From: Planctomycetota bacterium
Lineage (GTDB): Bacteria > Planctomycetota > UBA11346
DNA length: 64,000 bases
Assembly: GCA_038231435.1 (NCBI GenBank)
Contig: JBBRLJ010000001.1
Location: forward strand, 192,001-256,000
Direction: 5' to 3'
Shown here: in pieces, positions 8,638 through 19,409 of the stretch
How the letters are laid out: each line of letters begins with the position of its first letter
Numbering within the stretch: position 1 is the stretch's first letter
The notes under the pieces: model-generated
Told to the model about the DNA's origin: nothing
Database searches by the model: none
The model's input: only the letters and a program-made list of their open reading frames with translations
Program-made: the position numbers and the translations under genes

Positions 8638-9479
8638 ACTGCGCCGAATGCCGCGATCTGCTGCTGGAGTACGCGCTCGGGGCGCTCGATGCCGCCGAAT
8701 CCGCGGAGCTCCGCGCCCATCTGGCGAACGGCTGTGCCGGCTGCGCCCAGGCCATGACCGAAGCCGAAGCCCTGGTCGGCCAGCTCGCCTTGGCGCTTCC
8801 GGCGGTCGCACCTCCGCCCGCCGTCAGACACGAGCTGCTGCGCCGCCTCGCTGTCGAGCCCGCGGCGAACGCCCCGATTCCCAAGCCCGCCTCATCGTCT
8901 CGTGAGCGCTCCTGGTGGCTGGTGCCGGTGGCGTGGGCTGCGAGCGTGGCCATCTCCGCCGGCCTGGCTGCCGCCATGGCCAATGCCGCCAACGACCAGC
9001 GCCTCGCCGCGATGCGTTCGCGCCTCGATACGCTCGACGCCACCAATCAGCGCTTGACCAAGGACGTTTCCGAGGCGGCCGACCGCAATGGCTCGCTGGC
9101 CATATCGCTGGCCAAGGCGCAAGAGACCATCGGCATGCTGCGCTCGTCCGATCTGAGCCTGGTGTCGATGACCTCATCGGGCCCGCAGCCGCGCCTCGCG
9201 CGCGCGCGCGCCCTGTGGGACAAGGACACCGAGCACTGGCAGCTGATCGCCACCGGGATGACGCCGCCAGGCAAGGGCAAGGTCTTCGAGTTGTGGTTCA
9301 TCACCGCCGACCAGCGCAAGGTGGCGGCGGGGGTGTTCGATGTCGACGCCCAGGGCAACGGCATCCTCACCGTCACCGTGCCGCACGACATCGGCCAGAT
9401 CTCGGTCGCGGCCGTCACCGACGAGCCGGGCCTGATGACCGCGCCGACTGGCGCGATCCACCTCGCTGGTAAGCTATAG
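8634..9479 (+). CDS. Anti-sigma factor, RskA-like, with N-terminal zinc-finger
   Basis: YALGALD..E...HLANGCAGC, TM segment, FELWFI, AVTDEP; overlaps the sigma stop codon. Confidence 0.9.
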   Translation: MNCAECRDLLLEYALGALDAAESAELRAHLANGCAGCAQAMTEAEALVGQLALALPAVAPPPAVRHELLRRLAVEPAANAPIPKPASSSRERSWWLVPVAWAASVAISAGLAAAMANAANDQRLAAMRSRLDTLDATNQRLTKDVSEAADRNGSLAISLAKAQETIGMLRSSDLSLVSMTSSGPQPRLARARALWDKDTEHWQLIATGMTPPGKGKVFELWFITADQRKVAAGVFDVDAQGNGILTVTVPHDIGQISVAAVTDEPGLMTAPTGAIHLAGKL

Positions 9480-9567
9480 CCAGCGCACCGATAAGCCCAC
9501 GCGCCCATTGGCGGACATCCACCTCCGCCGAGACGGCGTACCCATGCAGGCGCGGAGGACCGAAGCG

Positions 9568-10788
9568 ATGATCACCACGGCTGTGCCGCTCGCAGCCGCG
9601 ATCGCCGTGGTCGCATACGCCCTCGCCACCCACGCCTCCCCCCTGTCCGCCACGCTCCTGGCTCTGCCATTGGCTGCGCTCGCGGCGGTACCACGCGGAT
9701 GGTGGACCACGCGCTCCGGAGTGCTGGTGATCGCCCTCGCGATCATCAGTGGCACAACGCTGCCCTGGCTGCAAGGGCTCGGACTCGAGCGGAAATACCA
9801 GGCACACGCGGTGTGGTGGGGAGTGCTCCTGCACGGCTGGTGCGGCGCAGGCGTACTGCTGATGGTCGCGGCGCTGGCCGGCCGCTTGGGCAAGATGGTC
9901 TCGCGGCGGTGTGCCGCGGTCCACTTCCTGGGGGGCGTGGTGTCCGCCTTGGCGGGCGTCGCCGGCGTGCTGGCGTGCGCGCCACTGACCATGCTCTATG
10001 TGCCGCACATCACCGCCGAGGATGCTGCGATCGTGCGCGCGGTGTCGCGATCGGAGGATCTCGCCGTCGCTGGCGCGGATGGGATCCGCCTGGCCGCCCG
10101 TTGGTACGAGCCGCTCGGCGTCGCGGAGCCCGTGGGCGTGGTGGTGTTCACGCATGGTTTCGGCGGCTGGAAGGAAGGCTTCAAGAACCACCTCAAGCTG
10201 TTCACCGCGTCCGGATGGGCGGTGATGGCGTACGATCTGCGCGGCCACGGCCGCTCCTCGCCAGCGGCGGTGACCTTCGGCAAGCGCGAGCAGGAGGACC
10301 TGATCGCAGTGTGGCGCGCCGCGCGTGATCGAGCGCGCGGCAAGCCCATGGTCGCATACGGGGTCAGCCTCGGCACCAGCGTCGTCCTGCTCGCGGGAGA
10401 CCGCCTCGAAGGCGCGCGCGGCGTGATCCTCGACAGCCCGTTCGCCGACCTCGCAGACATGGCGATGGTACAGCTGCCGAAGCCGCTGGCGATCATCGCT
10501 GGGGCCTGGGCCGCGGGCGGCGTGGGCTTGCACGCCAGCGATGTCCGTCCGGTAGCCTCGCCCGTGCTCGCGCACGGCCCACCGCTGCTGATCGGCTGGA
10601 TCGCTGACGACCGCTCGATACCCGCCCAGCAGAGCGAGCAGGTGGCGCGGGCGTCCCCCCGGGCGATCACGCTGGTGATGCCCCACGGCGACCACCTCGA
10701 CACGGCGACGTGGCTGCCCTGGCGGCGCGCGGTGATCTCGTTCCTGGGCGCGATCGCGCCAGGGCCGGAGTACGACGGCTCGCCCTGA
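9568..10788 (+). CDS. Membrane-anchored alpha/beta hydrolase
   Basis: Several N-terminal TM segments; HGFGG, DLRGHGRS, GVSLG nucleophile, late His (GDH); GGAGG RBS. Confidence 0.85.
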   Translation: MITTAVPLAAAIAVVAYALATHASPLSATLLALPLAALAAVPRGWWTTRSGVLVIALAIISGTTLPWLQGLGLERKYQAHAVWWGVLLHGWCGAGVLLMVAALAGRLGKMVSRRCAAVHFLGGVVSALAGVAGVLACAPLTMLYVPHITAEDAAIVRAVSRSEDLAVAGADGIRLAARWYEPLGVAEPVGVVVFTHGFGGWKEGFKNHLKLFTASGWAVMAYDLRGHGRSSPAAVTFGKREQEDLIAVWRAARDRARGKPMVAYGVSLGTSVVLLAGDRLEGARGVILDSPFADLADMAMVQLPKPLAIIAGAWAAGGVGLHASDVRPVASPVLAHGPPLLIGWIADDRSIPAQQSEQVARASPRAITLVMPHGDHLDTATWLPWRRAVISFLGAIAPGPEYDGSP

Positions 10789-10948
10789 ACCAGCCCACGG
10801 GCTGGCATCCAGGATCGTTCGAATGGCTGTCGAATGGCTGTTAGGTGCCGCTCCGATGCGGCAGGCCGATTCCGCCTCGCATAATGATTCCCGCGTTCGC
10901 CTTGGCCGTCCAAGCTTCGTTCACCAGACTCGCGGATTGGAGCCGCAC

Positions 10949-11938
10949 ATGCTCGTCAAGGGTTCGGCCACCGTGCTGAAGGACATCTACAACGCCTACT
11001 TCGAGGACCGCGTGCCACGCATGGCCGCGGCGCTCTCTTACTACACGGTGTTCTCGGTGGCGCCGTTGCTGGTGATCGCCATCGCGATCGCCGGCTTGCT
11101 CTTCGGACACGAGGCCGCGAGCGGTCAGATCTCGTCACAGCTCCAAGGGCTGGTGGGCAAGCTCGGCGCCGAGGCCATCGAAGGCATGGTCCAGGGCGCG
11201 TCCAAACGCGGATCGAGCGTGCTCGCCACGGTGGTCGGCATCGCCACCCTGATGTTCGGCGCTACCGGGGTGTTCGGCGAGCTGCAGGATAGCCTCAACA
11301 CCATCTGGCAGGTACGGCCCAAGCCCGGAAGGAGCATGCGCTCCTTCGTCAGGACGCGCTTCCTGTCCTTCGCGATGGTCTTCGGCGTGGGCTTCCTGCT
11401 GCTGGTGTCCTTGCTGCTGTCGGCGGGCCTTTCTGCCATCGGCGCATATCTGACGCAGCTGTGGCCGGCGATGAAGGCGGCCCTGGGGGTCACCAACGTG
11501 GTGGTGTCGTTCGGCCTGATCACCGTGCTCTTCGCCATGATCTACAAGCTGCTCCCCGATGTCAGGTTGAAATGGAGCGACGTGTGGATTGGGGCCGCCG
11601 CCACCTCGGCGCTGTTCTCGATCGGAAAGTTCGCCATCGGCCTCTATATCGGCAACGGCGCAGTCGCCTCGGGCTACGGCGCGGTGGGCTCCCTGGCGGT
11701 ATTCCTGATCTGGATCTATTTCTCGTCCCAGGCGTTCCTGCTCGGAGCTGAATTCACCCGCGCCTACGCCCGCACCTTTGGCTCGCACGTCTCCCCGAAA
11801 CCTGGCGCGCAATGGGTCGCTGGCACGAGCCCCAGCGCGCCGGCGGTCACCGGCGGTGACGCGGCCGCCTCGACGCCCCCGCCGAAGCCGACCGAGAACA
11901 CGTCGCGCGACAGCCATGGTCGCTTCGCAGCGCACTGA
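10949..11938 (+). CDS. YihY/BrkB family membrane protein
   Basis: AAALSYYTVFS, LQDSLNTIW, YKLLPD, YGAVGS...WIYFSSQAFLLGAE. Confidence 0.93.
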   Translation: MLVKGSATVLKDIYNAYFEDRVPRMAAALSYYTVFSVAPLLVIAIAIAGLLFGHEAASGQISSQLQGLVGKLGAEAIEGMVQGASKRGSSVLATVVGIATLMFGATGVFGELQDSLNTIWQVRPKPGRSMRSFVRTRFLSFAMVFGVGFLLLVSLLLSAGLSAIGAYLTQLWPAMKAALGVTNVVVSFGLITVLFAMIYKLLPDVRLKWSDVWIGAAATSALFSIGKFAIGLYIGNGAVASGYGAVGSLAVFLIWIYFSSQAFLLGAEFTRAYARTFGSHVSPKPGAQWVAGTSPSAPAVTGGDAAASTPPPKPTENTSRDSHGRFAAH

Positions 11939-11957
11939 CCCGGAGAGCTACCGCGGC

Positions 11958-11970
11958 TGTCAATTTGACA
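11958..11970. promoter_or_regulatory. Palindrome, candidate upstream activator (bEBP) site
   Basis: TGTCAA-T-TTGACA, about 100 bp upstream of a sigma54 element. Confidence 0.5.
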
Positions 11971-12025
11971 TGCCAGTGTCGACGGCCCGCGCCAATGACT
12001 GCCTGAAGGGGCTCAAGCATCTGAT

Positions 12026-12038
12026 TATCAAGGCGTTA
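12026..12038 (+). promoter_or_regulatory. IHF-binding site candidate
   Basis: TATCAAGGCGTTA matches WATCAANNNNTTR. Confidence 0.55.
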
Positions 12039-12063
12039 AGGGCTGGCGGAGGCGCTGCTCGTT

Positions 12064-12079
12064 TGGCATGCATCATGCT
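12064..12079 (+). promoter_or_regulatory. Sigma54 (-24/-12) promoter
   Basis: TGGCATGCATCATGCT, GG-N10-GC spacing. Confidence 0.65.
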
Positions 12080-12102
12080 CTTTTGAGATGAGCCCAACCG
12101 CC

Positions 12103-12507
12103 ATGCCACCCCGCGCCATCCTCATCGCTGATGATGATCGTCTCCTCCGGGAGTCGTTGTGCGACGCGCTGTCCTTTCTGGGCTGCGAGGCGCGGTCGGT
12201 CGGCAACGCCAGCGAAGCCATCGAGATGCTCGGCAACCAGGTCGCCTGCGACCTGCTGCTCTCGGACGTGGACATGCCCGATATGAGCGGGTTCGAGCTG
12301 CTGTCCTGGTGCACCCGCAACCGGCCCCTGCCCACCGTGCTGATGAGCGCGCGCGCCGATGGCCCGATGCGCCAGGCCGCCCGCACCGCCGGTGCCATCA
12401 CGTTATTGCCGAAACCCGTCGAGATCACCTCGATCGCCACGCTCTTCCACTCCCTCTTCGATCGGCCCGTCGGCGACGACCGCGCCCCCCGTCTACCCTT
12501 CGCGTAA
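12103..12507 (+). CDS. Single-domain response regulator (receiver)
   Basis: ILIADDD, LSDVDMP, MSA, KP; alternative start at 12088. Confidence 0.9.
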   Translation: MPPRAILIADDDRLLRESLCDALSFLGCEARSVGNASEAIEMLGNQVACDLLLSDVDMPDMSGFELLSWCTRNRPLPTVLMSARADGPMRQAARTAGAITLLPKPVEITSIATLFHSLFDRPVGDDRAPRLPFA

Positions 12508-12582
12508 CCCGCAGCACAGCTTCCGCAGCGCCTCCACCGCGGCATCTCGCGGACACCATTTCGCAGAACAAAGGAATCCATC

Positions 12583-14532
<1,950 letters not shown>

Positions 14533-14591
14533 TAGAGTCGCTCCTCACGCATTCGAAGAGCAGCCTGCGTTTCAACCCTGCTCATCGGCTC

Positions 14592-14640
14592 TTGGGGGGC
14601 AGCGCGGAGCGCGATGTTGGGGGGCCGTAGTCCCCCAACT
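14592..14640 (-). repeat. REP-like repeat, copy 4 (partial, inverted)
   Basis: Reverse complement reads AGTTGGGGGACTACGGCCCCCCAACATCGCGCTCCGCGCTGCCCCCC. Confidence 0.85.
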
Positions 14641-14748
14641 GAAAGCCGCCAGTGGCGAGTCCGGAAATCGCGCTAGGCTTCACATCCCATCACGACGGGC
14701 GGACCGAGCCGGAAACGCCCAGAACCGGAAACACCAGAGGTGCCCCGC

Positions 14749-15045
14749 ATGCCGAAAAATAACATCAAGCCGATCGGATCCCACGTCATCGTCGAGCGCT
14801 CGAGCGCTGCGGACGTCAGCAAGGGCGGCATCGTCCTGCCTGAGAAGGCCAAGGACAAGCCCAAGGAAGGCACCATCATCGCTGTCGGCAACGGCAAGAT
14901 GCTGGAAGATGGCAAGCGCCAGGTCATGCAGGTGAAAGCCGGCGACCGCGTGCTGTTCTCGAGCTATGCTGGCACCGAAGTGAAAGTGCACGGCGAGGAA
15001 TACGTGGTGATGGAGGAGAGCGACGTCCTGGCCGTCATCGAGTGA
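14749..15045 (+). CDS. groES: Co-chaperonin GroES
   Basis: IKPIG, KGGIVLPEKAKDKP, VAVGNG-like, VKAGDRVLF..YAGTEV. Confidence 0.97.
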   Translation: MPKNNIKPIGSHVIVERSSAADVSKGGIVLPEKAKDKPKEGTIIAVGNGKMLEDGKRQVMQVKAGDRVLFSSYAGTEVKVHGEEYVVMEESDVLAVIE

Positions 15046-15082
15046 TGATCGTCTAGACTCGCATCCTTCATCGGATCGACGG

Positions 15083-15113
15083 AAACCGGAGGCTTCGGCC
15101 TCCGGTTTTTTTT
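15083..15113 (+). terminator. Rho-independent terminator
   Basis: AAACCGGAGGC-TTCG-GCCTCCGGTTTTTTTT. Confidence 0.92.
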
Positions 15114-15185
15114 GTGCCGTGACGTCCACGCGATGCCGACCGGTCGGCCCGCTTGCGCGCGCGGGCGTGTCTGCACAACCTGCAC

Positions 15186-15602
15186 ATGGCCAACAAGATC
15201 CACGTCGTGCTCGCCGCTGTCGTCCCCGCGCTGGCGGTCGGCGCGCTGCTGATCGCCGTCATCGCCTGGCGCGAGCGCGCCGCGCTGACCGAGAACCGCG
15301 ACCGTCTCGACGCGACGCAGCGCCAGCTCGACGACATGCACCGCCTCGGCGACGCGCTTGCCTCGGCCAAGGACCAAGCACGACAATGGCACGAGCGCTG
15401 GGAGAACGAGACCAAGGCGCTGACCGATGATCTGGGCAAGGCCAACCAGGCCCTGACCGAGAGCGTCCACCAGCAGGAGCGTGCCAAGGCCGCGATCGAG
15501 GACTTGAGCAAGCAGCTCGCCGACATCAACGCGCGGCTGCAGGCCCTCCAAGACGCCAAGACCGACGGCGCGAAACCGGAAGCTATCCCTCCGAAGAAGT
15601 AG
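15186..15602 (+). CDS. Membrane-anchored coiled-coil hypothetical protein
   Basis: N-terminal TM helix followed by heptad-like Leu/Gln/Glu-rich helix. Confidence 0.8.
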   Translation: MANKIHVVLAAVVPALAVGALLIAVIAWRERAALTENRDRLDATQRQLDDMHRLGDALASAKDQARQWHERWENETKALTDDLGKANQALTESVHQQERAKAAIEDLSKQLADINARLQALQDAKTDGAKPEAIPPKK

Positions 15603-15641
15603 CATCATCCACCTCCCTGGCGAGGCGCGATCCGCCTTGCA

Positions 15642-16283
15642 TCAAGCCGACGGAGGAGCCGGCGCGGTCGCGGCGTGGATGGACGCGAGCCGGTCCCGCG
15701 TCGGGATCTGAGTGATCCCGTGGATGATCAGCAGCAGCGTCGGCGCCAAGGTCGCCAGCAGCACGCGGCCCTCGTGGCTGAAGACGTCGAGGCCGATCAA
15801 TGTTCCCATCACCAGCACGATGTGCCCGGAAGCCGCGAGCAGCAGCAGCAGGTTCCCCCAGCGGTGCACGAAATCGACAACCTGCATGACCCGTTCGCGC
15901 ACCGTCTCGGCGTGGCGGCGGAGATCGGAACGCAGCCGCCAGCCGTAGACCACCACCACCACCAGGCACAGCATCAGATGGATGATGATCAGCCATTCCG
16001 CGGCCTGCGAGCGCAGGTGCAGATCGCTGTCGGCATGCGGATGGAAGGCGTTGTAGGCGGTGACCACCAGGGACACGAACAGCCCGAGCCCGAGGCGCAT
16101 GAAATGCCGCTTCACCAGGATCAGATCGATGTGGTAGCGGGCGATGAACGCGGCGAACTGCGCAGAGGCGATCCACACGGGCTGCGGTGGCGGATCCGTG
16201 TCCTGCCCAGGGTCATGCGGCGGCTGGCCAGGCGGCTCGGGCGGCTGTCCGGGCGGCGAAAGCTTGGCCTCGGGCCCGTCCAT
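15642..16283 (-). CDS. Hypothetical integral membrane protein (about 4 TM, Pro-rich N-terminus)
   Basis: C-terminal part of the 682-aa ORF, from MDGPEAK; the remainder of that ORF is antisense to eboE. Confidence 0.75.
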   Translation of the reverse strand: MDGPEAKLSPPGQPPEPPGQPPHDPGQDTDPPPQPVWIASAQFAAFIARYHIDLILVKRHFMRLGLGLFVSLVVTAYNAFHPHADSDLHLRSQAAEWLIIIHLMLCLVVVVVYGWRLRSDLRRHAETVRERVMQVVDFVHRWGNLLLLLAASGHIVLVMGTLIGLDVFSHEGRVLLATLAPTLLLIIHGITQIPTRDRLASIHAATAPAPPSA

Positions 16284-16406
16284 GGCCGGGATGATCGGCC
16301 CGACCCGTTGGCCAGGCAAGGGAGGCCTCGCCAACCTCGCCTCGCCCTCGTCACCCAGGCCGTGAGCGCCGGTTGGCCTCGCTCCACGCCGCGCCACACT
16401 GCACGC

Positions 16407-17588
16407 ATGCGACCACTGGGGTACAGCTCCAATCTGCATGCCGCGGAGACCGTCGATGAGATCATCGCGGCGGTGCAGGGTTTCACGGCCCACGCGCGTG
16501 AACGACTCGGCTGGGAGCGCCTCGGACTGGATCTGCGCCTGGGGTCGAGGGCCATCGCCGAGTTGGCGGATCCGCGCGCCCTGACGCGGCTGCGCGAGGC
16601 GCTCGACCGCGGCGCCATCGACGCGTACACCATCAACGCCTTCCCCCTGCGCCCGTTCCAGGCAGCAGTCGTGAAGCAGGACGCCTACCGGCCGGACTGG
16701 ACCACGGCCGAGCGGCTCGCCGACACCCTGCGGCTGATCGACATCGCGACTCGGCTGAGCGATTCCCCGACGGTGACCATTTCGACCGTCCCGGGGACCT
16801 ACCGGCCGTTCGGCGCTGGTGGGCGCGTTCCCGATGACATCGCCGCCGCGCTCGGTACCTGGGCGGCAGCGGCGGCGCGAGCGGGGCGAGCTACTGGTCG
16901 CACCGTCGTGCTGTGCCTGGAGCCCGAACCCTGGTGCCTGCTCGAGACATCGTGGGATGTCGCCGCGTTCTGGACCGGCCCCCTCGCCCAGTCCGGTCTG
17001 GAAGCGTGCACGCGCGCGCTCGATGGCGATCGCGAGGCCGCGCTCGCCGCCATCTCCACGCATCTGGGGGTCTGCTTCGACACCTGCCACGTGAGCCTCG
17101 CCTTCGAGGATCAGCGCGCGGCCGCCGCGCGCATGATCGCCGCCGGCGCGCGCATCGCCAAGTGCCAGGTCTCGGCCGCGCCCGAGGTGCGCGATCCGCA
17201 CGCCGATGCTGAAGGTGTCGCCGCGATGCGCGCACTCGCCGAGCCGCGTTTCCTGCACCAGACCGCCGCGATCAGCGCGACGGGCTCGTGCTCGAAGGTC
17301 CAGGATCTCACTGAGCTCGACAGCTGCCTCGCGCACCTGCCGAACGCGACCGCCGTGCGCAGCCACTTCCACATCCCGCTGTTCCGCGAACCATCCCCGC
17401 GCGGGCTGTCGACCACCATCGAGGACAGTCTGGCCGGCGTGAGCGCGTGCCTGGCCGCCGGCTGCGAGCATGTCGCCGTCGAGACCTACACCTGGAGCAT
17501 CCTCGCCGCCAACGACCGCGACGCGCTGGCCGGCACCGTGCGCGAGCTGGAATGGCTCGACGGCAGGCTCCGTTCCAAGACCGCCTGA
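16407..17588 (+). CDS. eboE: EboE-like TIM-barrel protein
   Basis: LGYSSNLH, TINAFP, VKQDAYRPDW, LEPEP, GVCFDTCH, RSHFHIPLF, VETYTW. Confidence 0.85.
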   Translation: MRPLGYSSNLHAAETVDEIIAAVQGFTAHARERLGWERLGLDLRLGSRAIAELADPRALTRLREALDRGAIDAYTINAFPLRPFQAAVVKQDAYRPDWTTAERLADTLRLIDIATRLSDSPTVTISTVPGTYRPFGAGGRVPDDIAAALGTWAAAAARAGRATGRTVVLCLEPEPWCLLETSWDVAAFWTGPLAQSGLEACTRALDGDREAALAAISTHLGVCFDTCHVSLAFEDQRAAAARMIAAGARIAKCQVSAAPEVRDPHADAEGVAAMRALAEPRFLHQTAAISATGSCSKVQDLTELDSCLAHLPNATAVRSHFHIPLFREPSPRGLSTTIEDSLAGVSACLAAGCEHVAVETYTWSILAANDRDALAGTVRELEWLDGRLRSKTA

Positions 17589-17802
17589 GACCGTCGCGAC
17601 GGTTCGGGCATGGCTCAGATGTCGATGAGACATCGATGGCGATGCCGATTCGCTGTCGACATCGCCCTGAGTCGCGGACGACAGCCGCATCAGATGCCCC
17701 CCTGCACGGCCTCCTCGCAGGAAGCCGTCCCCCTTCCGGGATCGGCTGGATCGGCCGCGACCCGGGGCTTTGCCCCTCCGATCTGCTCCCTATGGTCGTG
17801 CC

Positions 17803-18708
17803 ATGGTCCAGCCGACGCCATTCCAACGCATGCTCCAGGATGTGAGCAAAGAAGCCCGCAGCGCTCCCGAGCAGGCGTTCGCCAAGCTCGACGAGCTGTA
17901 CGGCAAGACCATGGTCGATACCGATGTGCTCGCCCTCGGAGCCTTCGCCACCAATCTCGGCGGCGCCGCGCTCGGCCGCTTCGACGAGACCGCGGAGCTC
18001 ATCCGCCGCTGCCTCGGCCACCAGGCGGTGCCGCCCGAGTCCTCGGTGCGCCGCAGCCTCAATCGCGCGCTGGCGGTGCTGATGGTGTGCGCCGACCGCA
18101 TGGAAGACGCCGAGAAGGCCAGGCGCCTGGGCGTCACCACGCCCTCAGAGGAATGCCGCTTCGCCGGCGCCTGCGCGCAGACGCTGCTCGCCCGCAATCG
18201 CGGGTCCGATGCGATGACCTATTTCAAGCAGGCGACCAGGCTCTGCCGCGAACTTCCGGTGACCGACGAGGTCGTGGCCCAGACCGCGGCCATCGCCGCG
18301 AACCTGCTGCGCGTGGCCGAGCCGCAGTGCCTGCTCGCGCACGACCTGCTCACCGCCGCCGCCGAGGCGAACCTGGCCTCCGCGGGCCGCAGCGAGGATT
18401 GGAAGATCCGCCATCGCACGCTGTTCCACCACGGCAAGTCGTGGCTGCTCGCCGGCAATCCCATGCGCGCGCTCGCGAGCGTGCAGAAGATGATGGAGCT
18501 CGAAGCCACGAACGAGGCCGGAGCCGTCGAGTGCTTCTACTCGGCCAACCTGGCTTGCCGCGCGCAGGCGACGCGCGGGCAGTTCAAGGTCGCGGCCAGC
18601 GCCATGGCGGCTTGCGTGAAGCTGGCGCGTGACGCCGAACAGGCTGGCGAGCCGATGGGCCCCGCGCTCGAGGATCTCGAGCGCTTCGTGGCCTCGATGA
18701 AGGCTTAG
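17803..18708 (+). CDS. Helical-repeat (TPR-like) hypothetical protein
   Basis: Ala/Leu-rich all-helical ORF with coding-type GC3. Confidence 0.75.
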   Translation: MVQPTPFQRMLQDVSKEARSAPEQAFAKLDELYGKTMVDTDVLALGAFATNLGGAALGRFDETAELIRRCLGHQAVPPESSVRRSLNRALAVLMVCADRMEDAEKARRLGVTTPSEECRFAGACAQTLLARNRGSDAMTYFKQATRLCRELPVTDEVVAQTAAIAANLLRVAEPQCLLAHDLLTAAAEANLASAGRSEDWKIRHRTLFHHGKSWLLAGNPMRALASVQKMMELEATNEAGAVECFYSANLACRAQATRGQFKVAASAMAACVKLARDAEQAGEPMGPALEDLERFVASMKA

Positions 18709-18781
18709 ACCGCCGCCGTCGATGCGCGACGAGGCGAATGGGCGAAGCGCGGCACCGACCTGTCCATGAGCCTCCCGGATA

Positions 18782-19099
18782 TCAGCGCAGGCTGCGCGCG
18801 GCGAGCACGTAGCGCAGGATCTCGTCCTGCTGGACCTGGTCGAGCCTGGCCTTCTTGCCCATGCTCGCGACGAAACCGGGCCACTCGGAGGCGCTGTGCG
18901 AGGTCGGCGGCGGCAACGAGTGGCAGGTGTCGCAGCGGGTGGTGAAGAGGTCGCGGCCGCGCTCGAGCCCCTCGCCGCTGGCGTCGGGATCGCGCGCACG
19001 GGCGGCGGCGATCAGTTCGGGCGACACCCGCGGCACGGCGGTGGCGCAGGAAACGATGAGCAGGATGGGGAGGATCACCAAGCCGTGGCGCGCGCGCAT
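18782..19099 (-). CDS. Small monoheme cytochrome c, probable lipoprotein
   Basis: Lipobox IVSC, CDTCH heme motif, distal Met (W....ASM). Confidence 0.85.
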   Translation of the reverse strand: MRARHGLVILPILLIVSCATAVPRVSPELIAAARARDPDASGEGLERGRDLFTTRCDTCHSLPPPTSHSASEWPGFVASMGKKARLDQVQQDEILRYVLAARSLR

Positions 19100-19312
19100 C
19101 GGAGTTCCTCTGTGGTCTCTTGGCTGGAATACATTGCCCGTGCAGGGGAGGGCGAGAAAGCGCATCCCCGATCGTGAACTGCGCCCTGAAGGCCTCTTCG
19201 TACTGCGGCTCGACGTGGTTCCGAGCTTGGCGATCGTCGCTGACAGCCGCCCAGCTCCAATGAGGGGACCGAGCGCAGAATGCTACAAAACTCGCCCGCC
19301 GGTCAATGGTAT

Positions 19313-19329
19313 TTGAGAATAATTCGCAA
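19313..19329. promoter_or_regulatory. Fur-family box candidate
   Basis: TTGAGAAT-A-ATTCGCAA AT-rich near-palindrome in a high-GC intergenic region. Confidence 0.55.
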
Positions 19330-19409
19330 TAACATGCCTGCTCCTCCGGCCCGGTAAGCCTCGTCCCTCATTGCCCTTGCCATGACCGACCGCGTGGGAG
19401 AGTGCCCCC

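Noticed and set aside
15642..17690. Overlapping 682-aa and 637-aa ORFs as dual-coding region
   Set aside because: Resolves into two divergent genes (start 16283 on minus, 16407 on plus) with high-GC shadow extensions.
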